The notes beneath the pieces were generated by a model. The model made no database searches. It had not been told where the DNA came from and was given only the letters and a program-made list of their open reading frames with translations. The position numbers were made by a program, and so were the translations under genes. From assembly GCA_965644295.1 (NCBI GenBank), contig CBFFRP010000294.1, positions 31,594-95,593 of the forward strand: a stretch of 64,000 nucleotides of DNA, in the 5' to 3' direction. Position 1 is the first letter of the stretch. Each line of letters starts with the position of its first letter. Shown here in pieces: positions 14,702 to 27,056 of this stretch. The DNA is from Paraphysomonas bandaiensis. Its lineage: Eukaryota > Protista > Chrysophyceae.

Positions 14702-16066
14702 ATGTCACTTCAAAATCCAACAAGTGTTTTTATATCTAGTTATGTGGGTTCCTGTATAGGGGGACTTGCTGGTGCTGTTGTATTAGCGAGTTATGTCCGA
14801 TATCCTCATTGGCGACGAACAGTATCTCGACAATTAATTGTAATACAAACTGTATGTGCGTGTTTGGACAGCTTGGGTGTTGTTGCTTTACCAGCACATG
14901 AAACATGGTCATGTCAGTTACAGGCTTTCGCGATTCAGTTTTTCGGCTGCTCCGGACTGTTATGGGCAGTCGTTATAAGTTTTGTCTTACTAAAATTAAG
15001 TGGCACAGCAAAGTCGATTTCTCAATACAAACCAGAACATCATTTTGGAAAATTTCATTTATTTGTGTGGTCTATATCTATTACCGCTGGATTCTCACCG
15101 TTCATAACTGGTATTTTGTTCATCCGTCGCAGCTTTGATCTATTCATTGTGTTGCGTTTGCTTATGTGTTCAGGGGACTATGATAGGGTCAATGAAGGCT
15201 GGTGTTGGATATCTGATGCAAAGACATCGGGGAGCGTGGAGAGGATAGCACTGTACTATGGTCTGGCGTGGGTGATGTTTATATATATTCTACTCTCCTA
15301 CTTGGTCGTGCGATACCGAGTAAGTATATATATGACTTGTTCTGCCTCAACTAATCAATGACAGATGTTGAAAATGACGAAGAGTGTTTCTGACATCCAG
15401 TCATCTCCGACTACCAAAGTTTGCGTATCTTCTGTAGAGACCAGTGGTAGTGAGAGGGCGTCAACGGACAAAGATCCATTTCCAATTCCATCTGAAGCAT
15501 TTTCCCAACAAACAACTAGACGAGAAACCCTTCGGAATATGGCCAATAAGCTCCTGTACTACCCAATAGTGTATATGGTAAGGTGTTGTACGACAATAAT
15601 GTATTATTGTATGACGAAGTATTATTATATTCTTATCATCACGACTGAGCTTCTTATTTTAGTTCTCGTTTCTGTTCATGACCATTGCTCGTGTGTGGCA
15701 TTTTGCTCTACTGACACTTCTCCTCCAAATGAATTAATTGCTGTGGGGATTCTTTTATTGCGCATGCAGGTAATTTGCTCTCGAACTCTTTATTATGGAT
15801 ATCCTGGAATCTGTACTTTGTGAAATATAATGTGCTTATCCTTATTGTAGGGATTCTACAATCTACTACTATTGATGCAACAACGTAGCGTGCGAAATGA
15901 CTGGTATAAAGACATCAGGGCTTTATGTTTTTACACGAAGCACTGCTTTTGTATTCGTGTGAAAGTAGAGGTTTCTGCTTTGCCTAAGTGTAATCGACAG
16001 TTGGAAGAAGGAAAACCTGATGCGCCTGCCTCGAATAATTCCAATGCTATTGATGAGGAGATATAG
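14702..16066 (+). CDS. 7TM G-protein-coupled receptor, cAMP-receptor-like (Dicty_CAR/GCR1/Git3-like)
   Basis: Hydrophobic helices with 'CQLQAFAIQFF..S..LW...IS', 'FHLFVW', 'WCWIS' and 'KLLYYPIVY' motifs; multi-exon. Confidence 0.75.
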
Positions 16067-17826
16067 TGCTGTAAGCTGTATTTTTAGAAATCGCTTTAGC
16101 GGAGTACAGTACAGTGTCATCCTAAACGTAGCACTGAAGTGCGAATTTTTAGGGTTTGACACCAACCGACCCGTATTTATGATATTAATTGTATTGCAAG
16201 GGATGATTGAGTTCTGTGCCATTAGTTTTGTGCTATGTCCAATTTATAATATGTTTGTTATCCTTTGATATTAGATATGTAGACATCAAGGTGTCAATAA
16301 TACACCATAACTGTTTTATATATATTAATAACTGTGTATAACTAATTATCGTCCAAGTCCAATTAAGTATATAGACCCTTTATAACTAATTATCATCTTA
16401 AATTGTTCCCTTCGTAATAGTCATATAGTCATGGAAAGTTGGTATCTAAGAAGCACTTCGTCATATTATCGGTAATAGTATTCATTTTGAATTGATTGGG
16501 CATCATAATCATGACGAGTAGCGAATGTTTTCCCAGCGTATACGTGTATACCATATACCTTATAGAAGTATTTGTAGTTTTACATTACAACATACAATAG
16601 ATATATATATTGTCAACAATAAGTACTGTTCAAATATCTAAGGCTACTACACTCGTATATAGCTATGTTTTTATACATTATACTCCCTCAACAAAGTCGA
16701 ACTCGCAACTTTTCGTGGTGTTCTGGAGGATAAATACCGGTGAGATTCTCTCTGTGAATCTAACGTGAGCTGCAAACATAGACAGCACATATTATTCTGC
16801 TAGTGTGGGATAAGGAACACCAATAAGTGTCACTGCTTGTGTAGACGTCTTTGGGCCTTGACGAATAAACAGGCATCTGGGACAGGGCCCACCTGAAGGA
16901 TAACCGGGGTATTGGGCTGACTGCTGAAGTCAAGCATCCGGGATGTTCACCTTAAGGGCTCAACAGATGTCAGGCATATCAACATTCTTATTGCTCTCGG
17001 CGTTTGCTTTGAGTGATATAGCAAAAGTGGTTGCACCTTAGTGCTTGCGGCGACGCACAAGCAGACTCCGTAGCGTTAAATAATAAGTAGTAGTATAATT
17101 GAGTTCGTACTAGTTCGTTACTAGTTACAGGTAGACGTCTCTCTAGCTTGACTAGTTTTCATCTATCTACTAAGCTGGTGCTGAATCTTAACGTCTAGTG
17201 CTAATACTAAGACTTTCAATATACATGTATACTGCATACTTATACTGGCTTATTCGTACTACTGCTATGGCTCTCCATCTACATAACACCAAAGAATGAC
17301 TGCACTGCTGTCATATGTATAACAAGGACATAGAGTTCACTGTATTGGACAATACACTTGTTTGTATAAGGGATGAGTGCAGTGTGCTTATGCTACTCTA
17401 GTCACTTATGTGTATAATGTAGTGTTATGGTTGAGATCTGGCACAATGGAGTTGTCATAGAAACTATAGACTGCTGCCAGGGCTGATGTCCACAATGAGG
17501 CCAGTCATAAGCCCTAAAATCGGGGTTTTACTATATATTTCCATTCCAAAATACTGTACAGACAGGTGTAGTAAATTACATAGTTTTTATCTGTCTTTGG
17601 GAATATATGCCTTTTTTTCATTATTTATAAAACAAAAACTGGATTTTCTTCACTAATCGACAAAAATCTGGATAGTATCCCGCCAATCATGTACTGCTGT
17701 ATACGCACATCAGCAGAGTGTTCCTCCTACATACATGCATCTCATAGCTATAGAAAACAGGCAGTGTACATCCATATAGCAGATATGTATATAGATACGA
17801 ACCCTTGAACTATTACTATATCTATC

Positions 17827-18615
17827 ATGACTACACAACTACTTGTTGGATGGTTTTGTCCATGGGCTCAACGTGCATGGATAGTAGCTTCAATGTTACC
17901 AGATAGTCTCGTGGAAGTTATTAACGATAGCCGCAGTGTGGTATTAGATACTGATAACACTAATACTGACTCTAATACAGACGATAATACAGCCCGATAT
18001 ATGTTGAAAGGATCACTTCTTGGAAGTAATTCTGTTCCAGCTGTTATCCAATCAAACGCAGAGATGATATCAGGAGATAGTATATACATATGTAAGTGGT
18101 TATGGGATACGTATTCTTCTAATAGGGATATGCTGGATACATGTGATACTAGTATATATGCTGCATATATGTGGAGTGAGAAGTTAACAACATTATTCTA
18201 CGATGTTATGATGGATCGAAAGAATTCAAATAGAAAGAATTCAGTAGATACATATCGTGAACTGATGATACAATGGGCTTCTTTTGGAAAGGAAATACAA
18301 GGACCATATTTCTATGGGAATACTTTATCACTTGTAGATATTAGTATCTTTCCATTTGCTTATCGAATGTTTATTCTTCGTTTATTCCATGTATACAATA
18401 GAGAATATCTTACTTTAGATGATATTGATGAAATATGTCATAGTGATATGGTTAAAGTGGTAGCATGGTGTGAGAAATGCATGACAATACCAGCTTTTGT
18501 TTCCACCTTACCTCCTGATGCTACTCCTGACGGATTCTCAGCGCAGCTTGTTGATATATATAAGATATACTTTCAGGGTATAGGGCTGAAACCAGTAAAC
18601 TATTCACCATCGTGA
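17827..18615 (+). CDS. Glutathione S-transferase, omega/lambda-like (catalytic Cys)
   Basis: N-terminal 'WFCPWAQRAWI', 'VP', 'GDS..IC', and C-terminal 'GPYFYG..LSLVDI..FPF'; intronless. Confidence 0.85.
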   Translation: MTTQLLVGWFCPWAQRAWIVASMLPDSLVEVINDSRSVVLDTDNTNTDSNTDDNTARYMLKGSLLGSNSVPAVIQSNAEMISGDSIYICKWLWDTYSSNRDMLDTCDTSIYAAYMWSEKLTTLFYDVMMDRKNSNRKNSVDTYRELMIQWASFGKEIQGPYFYGNTLSLVDISIFPFAYRMFILRLFHVYNREYLTLDDIDEICHSDMVKVVAWCEKCMTIPAFVSTLPPDATPDGFSAQLVDIYKIYFQGIGLKPVNYSPS

Positions 18616-19291
18616 TAACGCGTACTCACTAAAGCTTGTATGGGCTTTTCACGACTCCAGTATTATTCATGTGAGTCTTGCCGAATCCCATGTTTCCCGA
18701 ATAAACTAGCAGCAACGCATTGTAAAGAGTTGGAAACAGTGTTGATAAACTGTAAATTGCTTGATAATCATTATAATATGTAAAGTATTAGTTATTACCT
18801 CTTTCCGAGGGCGTATCACACAGTAGTGGTTGTGCGATGTGTCCATGATCACTAAACTCCCGGTGGATTCCTTGTAGGATTGCATGTGGCGCCAAGGAAG
18901 CCATAATTACTACGTACTACATATATCTACAGAATACTGAGGGAGAGGAGGGCCAAGTCAATTCCATACCAACATAAAGAATTTTTTAGAGCTGCATGAG
19001 TAGTTATAAGAATTTCCATTACTTCCACCATTTACACTTTCTGAATTAGTGTCACAAGTTGCATTTGTAACCAACTTTATCTATTCTAGTGGAGAATTAT
19101 CACTATCACTTAATTACGATGGATAGATTATTGTTTTCAGCTTTGAAGTCGTGAATACACATACATCATCGTTAATTATCCCTCCGCAGAGTTTTTCTTA
19201 ATTAATTAAGTCCTAAATCGTCAAGCAGATGCGTCGTTAAAGAAAACTAGTAGAATACCTGACACTAACACTGTACATACTACATTGTATA

Positions 19292-20332
19292 TTATTCTGC
19301 TTCAGCAATCTTCTTCCTCCAAGCTACGAAAGCTGCAATAGGTTTACCTCCTTTACTGAGTTTAATAGTGGGTCCAGCATCCTTGCAAAATACCATATAC
19401 GAATCGTATCCAAAGTCTCCTATTCCCCTAATTTTATTCTCACTTTTAGGATCTGGGTCCACGTCGAAAACATCTGCCTCAATAAAACGGGTAGTTAGAG
19501 CAGTTAATGACTTTAGTCTATCGTCGAAGAGTCCTAAGGGATTGATAGCACCTCGTACCCGTGACCAATCTTCTTCCTCCAAGAAAGCAGTAGGTGTAGG
19601 ATATAAAGAGAAGAATGCTGAGATGCATCTATGTTTGGTGTCAATGGAACTGACGCGCGACATCAAAATACAAGCCACAAGTAGTCTCCATACGTCAGCG
19701 GCATAATACTCCTGTAGAAAGTCAAGTGGCGACATAGGTGGTGGAGTGGAAAGACGAGACTGAACATAAGATTTCCAATGCCTACCGGTCTGGCTACTTG
19801 CACCAGCGGCAGCACCCCATCTACGAATAGCCTCACTTCGCCATTCATCTTGAGAAGCTGTGTCTTCGTCTTGAATTGCAAGCGGCAGCATAGCTAATCG
19901 CACCTCTTGCATATGACGCATTGCCGCCTCTCTTGCATCATTCATTAACTCCTCATAATTTACATCATCCTCATTTTCAACATTTAATTTACGTTTCTTT
20001 ATAGTATTATCCATCTCATCCCCTATACGGTCAATTATATCACCAGTATACTGTGGTTTCTCATTCTTCACACGAGCAGAACGACGTCGTAATTCAAGTG
20101 GTACAGGAGGTGGTCGAATTCTACCTTTATAAGATCTATTATTCTTTGAATTATCAATCGATAATGTCTCTTTAATAGAAAAGAGTCCAAGTTTTTCCAT
20201 AAACTCTTGATTGCGTTGTATATGAGCTAAACGAATCTGTTCATATTCACTTAATTGTTCTGCTTTTGTATTATGAATATTTTCCATGTTCATATTTATT
20301 ATTCTTGTGAATTTGTTATTTAATGTGATCAA
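19292..20332 (-). CDS. MBD4-like HhH DNA glycosylase domain with an N-terminal 'YE..R..NI.RN'-type helix; may lack the catalytic Asp
   Basis: 'LQE.Y..D.WRLLVACIL', 'FF..YPTP', 'PLGL' and 'RGIG.FGYDSY..FC' match the MBD4 glycosylase domain. The true start may be an ATG near 20293 or 20287. Confidence 0.8.
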   Translation of the reverse strand: MITLNNKFTRIINMNMENIHNTKAEQLSEYEQIRLAHIQRNQEFMEKLGLFSIKETLSIDNSKNNRSYKGRIRPPPVPLELRRRSARVKNEKPQYTGDIIDRIGDEMDNTIKKRKLNVENEDDVNYEELMNDAREAAMRHMQEVRLAMLPLAIQDEDTASQDEWRSEAIRRWGAAAGASSQTGRHWKSYVQSRLSTPPPMSPLDFLQEYYAADVWRLLVACILMSRVSSIDTKHRCISAFFSLYPTPTAFLEEEDWSRVRGAINPLGLFDDRLKSLTALTTRFIEADVFDVDPDPKSENKIRGIGDFGYDSYMVFCKDAGPTIKLSKGGKPIAAFVAWRKKIAEAE

Positions 20333-20398
20333 TCTCTCTATTATTGTAATGCCTGCTTATATCTAAGTTAAGATATACATGCCTATCGGCAGACAGCT

Positions 20399-20708
20399 TC
20401 TTATTTTTCGGAAATATATTGAAGCAAATATAGTCTATATTAGTGCAATACACCTACGGCTGGAATACACATAATTGTTGTTTCAATATTAGAGGCACCT
20501 TTGAACAAAAATACACAAAGGATGCCGATACGCTGATCATACAGTCATATAGTCATTGAGAGAGATGGATGCATCTTATTTTTCGGAAATATATTGAAGC
20601 AAATATAGTCTATATTACTGGAATACAACTACGGCTAGAATACAGATAATTGTTGTCTCAATATTAGAGGCATCTTGGAACAAAAATATACAAAGGATGC
20701 TGATACGC
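20399..20708. repeat. Imperfect direct repeat (~135 bp x2, period 175 bp) in an intergenic region
   Basis: Copies at 20399-20533 and 20574-20708 both begin TCTTATTTTTCGGAAATATATTGAAGCAAATATAGTCTATATTA. Confidence 0.85.
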
Positions 20709-20987
20709 CATGTATGTACGTGTCTAGATGTACAGGAGTATGCGGTATGGTATATACACGCACCTACTGCAGTACAACACTGTACAACTCTGTATACATC
20801 CGTATACCGTATACTGGAACTCATTGCAAGTGCATGTATATATGCATGCATGATCATCTAGAGGCACTCATGTTGCACCTGCATTAACATCCACTGCACA
20901 CGATATCCTCTTCATCTCTATCCAATGCTTTTCCTCATTCACATCATCTATTCCATCTTGCATATCTATTAATATATCCCATTAAAC

Positions 20988-22002
20988 ATGTCATCATCTA
21001 CTCAAACTATCAGTGCAATATTATGTATAGCAGTTGCCGTATCTTCCTACTATACCTACACCATACATGAAGATCTAACACATACACTCATACATAACTT
21101 CATTCTCTTCATTGATTACTTAGAAAGTGCAACAATTCCATTAAATTCTACTATAGGGTTTCATGTGTTAGACTTTATGGGATCGTTATTAGTGTGCAAA
21201 TCTTATAGAGACACTCAGAAGTATGAGAAACACTGGCTAGAGACCATAATATCATGCATGATACATAGATTTGGAGGGACAACAATATTAGGGGTTATGT
21301 TAGGTATGTATCTGATGGTTATTTGTTAGTGTCTCATTGTAATGTGGGGGTTTAGGACAACCCCCTGGATGGACAATACGTCATAGTGCATCACTTGCTC
21401 TAATCCTTGCATGGTGGTTGACATTTTTTTCTCCTTATGATATATTTTGGAGGATACTTCATCAGTTTCCTGTTGTGTATCATGTTGCAAGTGTATTCGA
21501 TGCTATTTCTGCAGGCCATGCTGTTACCTCGTGGGGTATTGACAAGGTCGTATTCAATTCATACCACCTTCCTGCATCGGATATTGGGTCATCTTTGGTA
21601 TTATCTTTGACTGGTGGAGTTATTGCATCGAATGGTGGAGGCTTATCTGTGTATTGGTTAGACATACATGCTAAGCGATCTTATACCCTCTCTAGGATGC
21701 CACTCGCCTTCACACTCTCGAGAGAAGGGGACACAGTTCGAGCGAATCTTTTACGCAGTCTACTGCTATCATGCGTGTACTATGCGATTATTAATCCTGT
21801 TAACACATTCCCATGGTTGATATCAAATTCCAAAGTGGTTGGGCATGCTGTGATATGTGCGATACAAGTGGCGATCTTGATGAGAAAAAGCTTCTTTCCC
21901 GATTTCGATTTAGCAGTCTTATTGTGTTCTCAACTTCTCAGGTTTATCAATATATCTTCCACTGTTAAGCAGAATAAATCAGGTGGTTTAAAAAAGAAGT
22001 AG
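20988..22002 (+). CDS. TRIC/TMEM38-like trimeric intracellular cation channel
   Basis: 'SCMIHRFGG..ILG..LGQPP', 'LAWWLTFFSP.D' and a second 'GGVIASNGGG' repeat; one intron near 21304-21355. Confidence 0.7.
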
Positions 22003-22329
22003 TATTGTTCGAATTCTTTGTTGGAATCCCTCATACGAGGTTTGCTAAGTTCGAATAGCATAGCTTCATTTATGTAGTCAGTGGTAAACGTTGTTGTATA
22101 GTGGTATTGCAATTCTTGTTAAATGAATACGTATTGTTTGTGATTTATTCGTTGATATTGACAAGGGACCATCGGAACTAAATAGCATATGTTTGTTATT
22201 AAATTAATCATGACTCTTGAAAGTTTACACGGAGCGGATGGTAGTTGCAAAGTTGAGTCTGCAATATCCACGGAGATTTTAGAAGTTTCTGTTCAAGAGG
22301 TAGTTTTAGGAGTGTAACCCAAGTTTGCT

Positions 22330-23403
22330 TTGAGATTGTTTTCATTCGCCCGCTAAATTTAATTTCAATGGGTATTCAGGCCTGGTGGACAACTTGACTG
22401 ATTTGTGCCGACAGCTACGAACTCTGAATAATGCTAGTAAGCTCCGAAAGAAAGGTCTTCTCTGTGTACTAACGAAACAAGATACCAGGTGGGCTCCACA
22501 TTTGCAATAATTGACCGCTACTTGCATTTATCTAATCATTGGCGATCATGCGAGTTTGGTTCCGACGTGATAAGTCTAATACCAAGTGAAATGGAGCATG
22601 CCAAGCTCGTGCAATGACGGAAGGAATTGGAATTCTTTCAACTAGTGTCCATACAATTACAGAAGGAAGGTGAACACCAGCTTGACCTCCACGACGTCCG
22701 CATATTATTTGATGAACTCATCATTAGGCACCCGATTGTCGAGCAATGCCGCCAGGCTTGCGTAACCATTAATGGCCATTAATGGCGACGCATTGCTTCC
22801 CCTATTTTATGGCCATTAATTTTAAAAATCCCACCATTTTTATGGCCATTAATGGTTACGCAAGCCTGAATGCCGCTATTATTCATGACGCTGCTTTCGA
22901 AAAGGCAGTCGTGAAGTTTCAATGTGGCAATGAAGCCGCACTAACTTGGACGGAAAAGGATCAAATTAAAATATTTTTGCTTGATGAGGATGAAGAAGAT
23001 GAATACAGTGAGAGTCTAGTTGAGAATGACGATGCAGCGCAACGTTTGATGATAGCAGACAGCGGAAGCGAGCACGTCTTAACCAGCAAACTCGTTACCG
23101 CAGCATGAAGCATTTGCATGCCACAACCAGTAAGGTTGAAAGGTTGTTCAGTAGAGCTAAAATTGTTATAACGGATTTGCGCAAGAGTATGACTCCTCGG
23201 CATTTGGAGTTACTGATGTTTTTACGCGTGAACCGTCGCCTCTGGAATGAAAAGACAGTTGAGGTAGCTATATTGGCAGCTAGTGTAGTTTAGTATGAAA
23301 TAATTGCAATTAATTGCAATAGTTGAAATTGAAACACCAAGTACAGTAATAATTGCAATTATAATTGACTACAACCTGCGTCAATTAATTGATACGCAGC
23401 CTG
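22330..23403 (+). pseudogene. Decayed hAT-superfamily transposase with right TIR
   Basis: Fragments 'LRTLNNASKLR...TRW', 'DVRILFD', 'FEKAVVK' and the hATC dimerization motif 'VERLFSRAK....RKSMTP..LE.LMFLRVNR.LW', broken by stops and frameshifts. Subterminal AATTGCAAT repeats, and a terminus ...TACGCAGCCTG at 23403. Confidence 0.8.
22753..22868. mobile_element. 116-bp hAT-type MITE with 8-bp TSD, nested in the hAT pseudogene
   Basis: TIR CAGGCTTGCGTAACCATTAATGGCCAT / ATGGCCATTAATGGTTACGCAAGCCTG; TSD AATGCCGC at 22745-22752 and 22869-22876. Confidence 0.92.
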
Positions 23404-23800
23404 CTAAATTATTGTAAAACAAGACATGAAGTGCTTCGTAGATCGTAGAAATAAAGTAGGATTGAAACGTATTTTCAACTCCATTTTATAATTTCTAAAT
23501 GCTTGAATCTTCATTTGGTATCGTTTTAATAGATTTCAGTCCTGTTTACAGACGGTATCAATCTGAATCCTAAGTGGAATGAAGTAAAGAGATTTTAGTC
23601 CTCAATCTTAATCTTTTTGTGTACGCTATTTATTTCAAAAGTAGTAATACTCTAAATATATAATACTAAAACCCACCCTACATGAGATCAATCGTCATTA
23701 GTCCAGGAATTTTTAATTATACAACTAGAGAACAATTTGATTCAAGCATGACAATCTAATATATAGCTCCCCTAGATATGCGAAACGGGATGTTCTATAA

Positions 23801-26800
23801 CTAGTGTCCCTCGTGACGAACACTACATTCTCCCGTAGTAATTAGATTCATAATTCGTGGTAAAAGGGGCTTTAATGCGACCAAATTTTCACGAATAGCC
23901 TTCACACTATTACATAAACTTAATAAAAATATTAATAATAAAGCGAAGTCTATCCACCTGCCAGGAAGAGTGCATATTAGTGTCTCAAACCTTGTTCCCA
24001 CAACTGGCCTCGACAGAACCGCCAGTGGAGTATGGCGCAGACCTTTTACAAAATTAAAACACACTACAGAAACATGACTGCAGCCAACCTTCATTTATTA
24101 ATGCTTGTGCGACGCTTGGAGCTTCCCTATGAAGCAATGGCCTGATGGCTTCAGGAGTGATATCACGTGGCCCAAAACCAGTCCCACCTAGAAGTACTAT
24201 AAAACACGAGTGTGTTTCAGTTTCCATCACACACCTGATGATAGTATAAGGTGGACAGGATTCTGGCCACGCTCAGACCACTTAGTCACCATTGCAGTAA
24301 TGTCCGCTGTCACAAGACGAGATCAACTCAACATCAACTGCAACAGTAACAAATACCTCTCTCATCAGGTACAACAGCGGTGCATGCCACGCGTATGGAC
24401 ACTGGCCACGCCGGATCATCACTCATATCTTTTAACAATTTTTCCATCTCTGGTCCGCTTTCATCACGGTATACACCTTGATGAGCCTTGGAAAATAAAT
24501 CACGTGTGTTTACACAAAAATTTCAAGTTGAAACATACCCGATCAGAGATTGTTAGCAGTCCTACAGTGATCTCCAAAGCAGAACCAGGAGGTTTAGCCG
24601 CAGCTGTTAATTCCAAATGACTATCTATATCACAGTACTGAAAATACCGAAGCACTGACCTTTCGTGGAATTGATCTCCTGTGCTTTCTTCTCTGCCTCT
24701 GCATACACATCGAGTCCAGATGCTGCGGAATGATGACACTCGTCTGCTGATGGCGGGGGTATATCACCCACAAGTAGGGCAGACACCACAGACCCAATCG
24801 GGAGTAACCCTTCTCCTCTAGGCTACACAGATAATCGACAAAATTATACAATTGGAGAAGAAGATAATGTACAAACCAGGCAGAGAAGAGCATTGGCAGT
24901 GCGCATAGACAGCAGACGGCTACTGCGCTGCATTCCTGTACTTTGGGCTCGGAAAGTTTGTGTGGCGGAATCAAATTTCACATATGCCCTATATGAACAG
25001 ACAGTAAGTCACAGTATAGACGATCAAACACATGGATATAGTACCTGTGATACTCCGGCCGAACAGAATTTAGCTTGTAAGATTCTGTGGTGCGCAGCTT
25101 GACTTGCGGGTGCATGCAGTCTACACCGTACTTATTTAAGTGGGGGTTAAATGTGAACCAAAATAAGAATATACCACTTGATTTCATTCCCTGTAGCCGC
25201 TTTAGAGCAGGGTCGACCACCAGTGCCTTAGTAACAAGGCAACTAACAGGATTACCCGGAAGTCCGAAGAAATACGCCGTTCCTTTTCCAGATGGCCGAG
25301 GTACAGACGCAAATGTTGTCGGCTTACCCGGCATCATGCGCATTCGACCAAAATGAACTGTGCCAATCTCCTGTAAGAGCACTTTCACAAAGTCAGCTTC
25401 GCCCATACTGACTCCACCCGAGGTGATCACTATGTCGCACTGCTCTGCAGCAGAGAGCATGCGCTCTCTCAACGTCTCCTTGGAGTCTCGTATGATCCCA
25501 AGGTCAACACAGTCGCATCCACCCTGCGCGGGAAATGTTGAGGAAATCATAACATTACTAATATTTATTTAGCTGCATATACATATGAGTCGCATTCTAC
25601 AAAGCCCCAACACCTGTCGGAATGCAGCAATCAAAGCTGGACGGTTACTGTCTCGAATCTATACAACCCGAAATTAGAAGCGCTAAAATAATTGTGTTAG
25701 ACAATTTTTACCTGCGCGCCAGTGGGAGTCTCCCAGGGTTCCACAAGTTCGTCTCCAGTGCTCATCACTCCAACCACCGGGTTAGATGTACATGGGACCT
25801 GGTAAAGTCAGAGTCAAAACCATAGAAGCACTACAATTCAACTGTATACTTCAGCGATTCCAATAGTAGCCAAGAGACCAACCTCCGCAGGGCCTATCGT
25901 AGATCCAGAAGGTACAATGAGTTGACCGGGGCTACTATAATTAGAACAGAAGTGTGGTCGTAATGGGGGTGGAGTCTCACCTAATATCACTACCAATTTG
26001 ACGAATATTGGCGCCTTCTTGGACATCACACTTTATGGTTACGTAGGTTACACCATCCTCTTGTGAGGCAACCACAGTGTCTTCAACCTAACGCATGGTC
26101 ACAGTAGCATCGTATTATTCACACACTATACTTTAACAACGGCATTCGCCCCTGGAGGGACCTGAGAACCGGTAGTAATGTAGACGATTTTGCCTGAGTA
26201 CAATAGCCATGGTAACCACGCAAATGTAGAAAAAGGTAGTACAATACAGCGCTATCTAGTAGAATGGTATATATGAACATAGTGAGTGCATGCAGTATAA
26301 TATAGCACTATACAGCACAGTGGAGTGGTATATATATAGACTATGCACCATCGCGTAGTTCAATATAGCACTGTACAGTAGAGGGGTGTATATACACGGC
26401 ACCTGAGTGTCGTACAATATAACAATATACAATAAAGTGGTATATATACTATGCACCTTAGTGTAGTTCAAAACAGTACTGTACAGTGGAGTGGAGTGAT
26501 ATATATGTACATAGTATGCACCTGAGTGTAGTTCAATATGACACTATATATGAGAGTGGAGTGGTATATACGTACACGGTATGCACTTGAGTCACGTATA
26601 ACACTATATAGCAGTATAGTGGAGTGGTATATATGTACATACTATGCAACTGAGTATAGTTCAGTATAGCACTGTACAGTAGATTGGGATGATATATATG
26701 TACACAGGATGCATCTGACTCACGCACAGCACTTCATAGCACAGTAGAGTAGAGTGGTATATATGTACATAGTATGCACCTGAGTGAAGAGCACCGCATG

Positions 26801-27056
26801 AAGAGGATCCAGCTAATACTTTCTCTTGTACAGGATACGTTCCAGCAGATAGAGGTCCCTTGACTGCATATCCATCCATAATGGAAGTAAGAAATGATGG
26901 AAATGGGCTGATTGAGATGATATCTTCTCCTATAATTCGACCACAACATTGCGATAGATTTACAGGCTTATTTGATAAAGAAACCACCTCTGATAACACT
27001 GTTTTAATAGCTTCATCTACTTCTATCATCGGATATTCATTGGATGTTAATGGCAT
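23801..27056 (-). CDS. CNX1: Molybdenum cofactor biosynthesis protein CNX1 (MoeA/E domain followed by MogA/G domain)
   Basis: E domain: 'SIMDGYAV', 'YITTG', 'ITSGGVSMGE.D', 'PGKP', 'FGLPGNPVS' and 'QTSRLLSMRSANAL'-like C-terminal motif. G domain: 'LTISDR', 'DESGP', 'GTGFGPRDITPEA' and 'TLPGS.KA'. Many introns. Confidence 0.9.
26256..26790. repeat. Intronic minisatellite, ~60-bp unit, ~9 copies
   Basis: Recurring TGCACCTGAGTG...GTGGTATATATGTACATAGTA-like units in CNX1 intron 1 (26194-26779). Confidence 0.8.

Noticed and set aside
16680-17080. GC-richer intergenic patch, a possible ncRNA or retroelement relic (similar patches near 6890-6990, 18800-18960 and 27270-27450)
   Set aside because: I could not support any ORF, RNA motif, terminal repeat or TSD.
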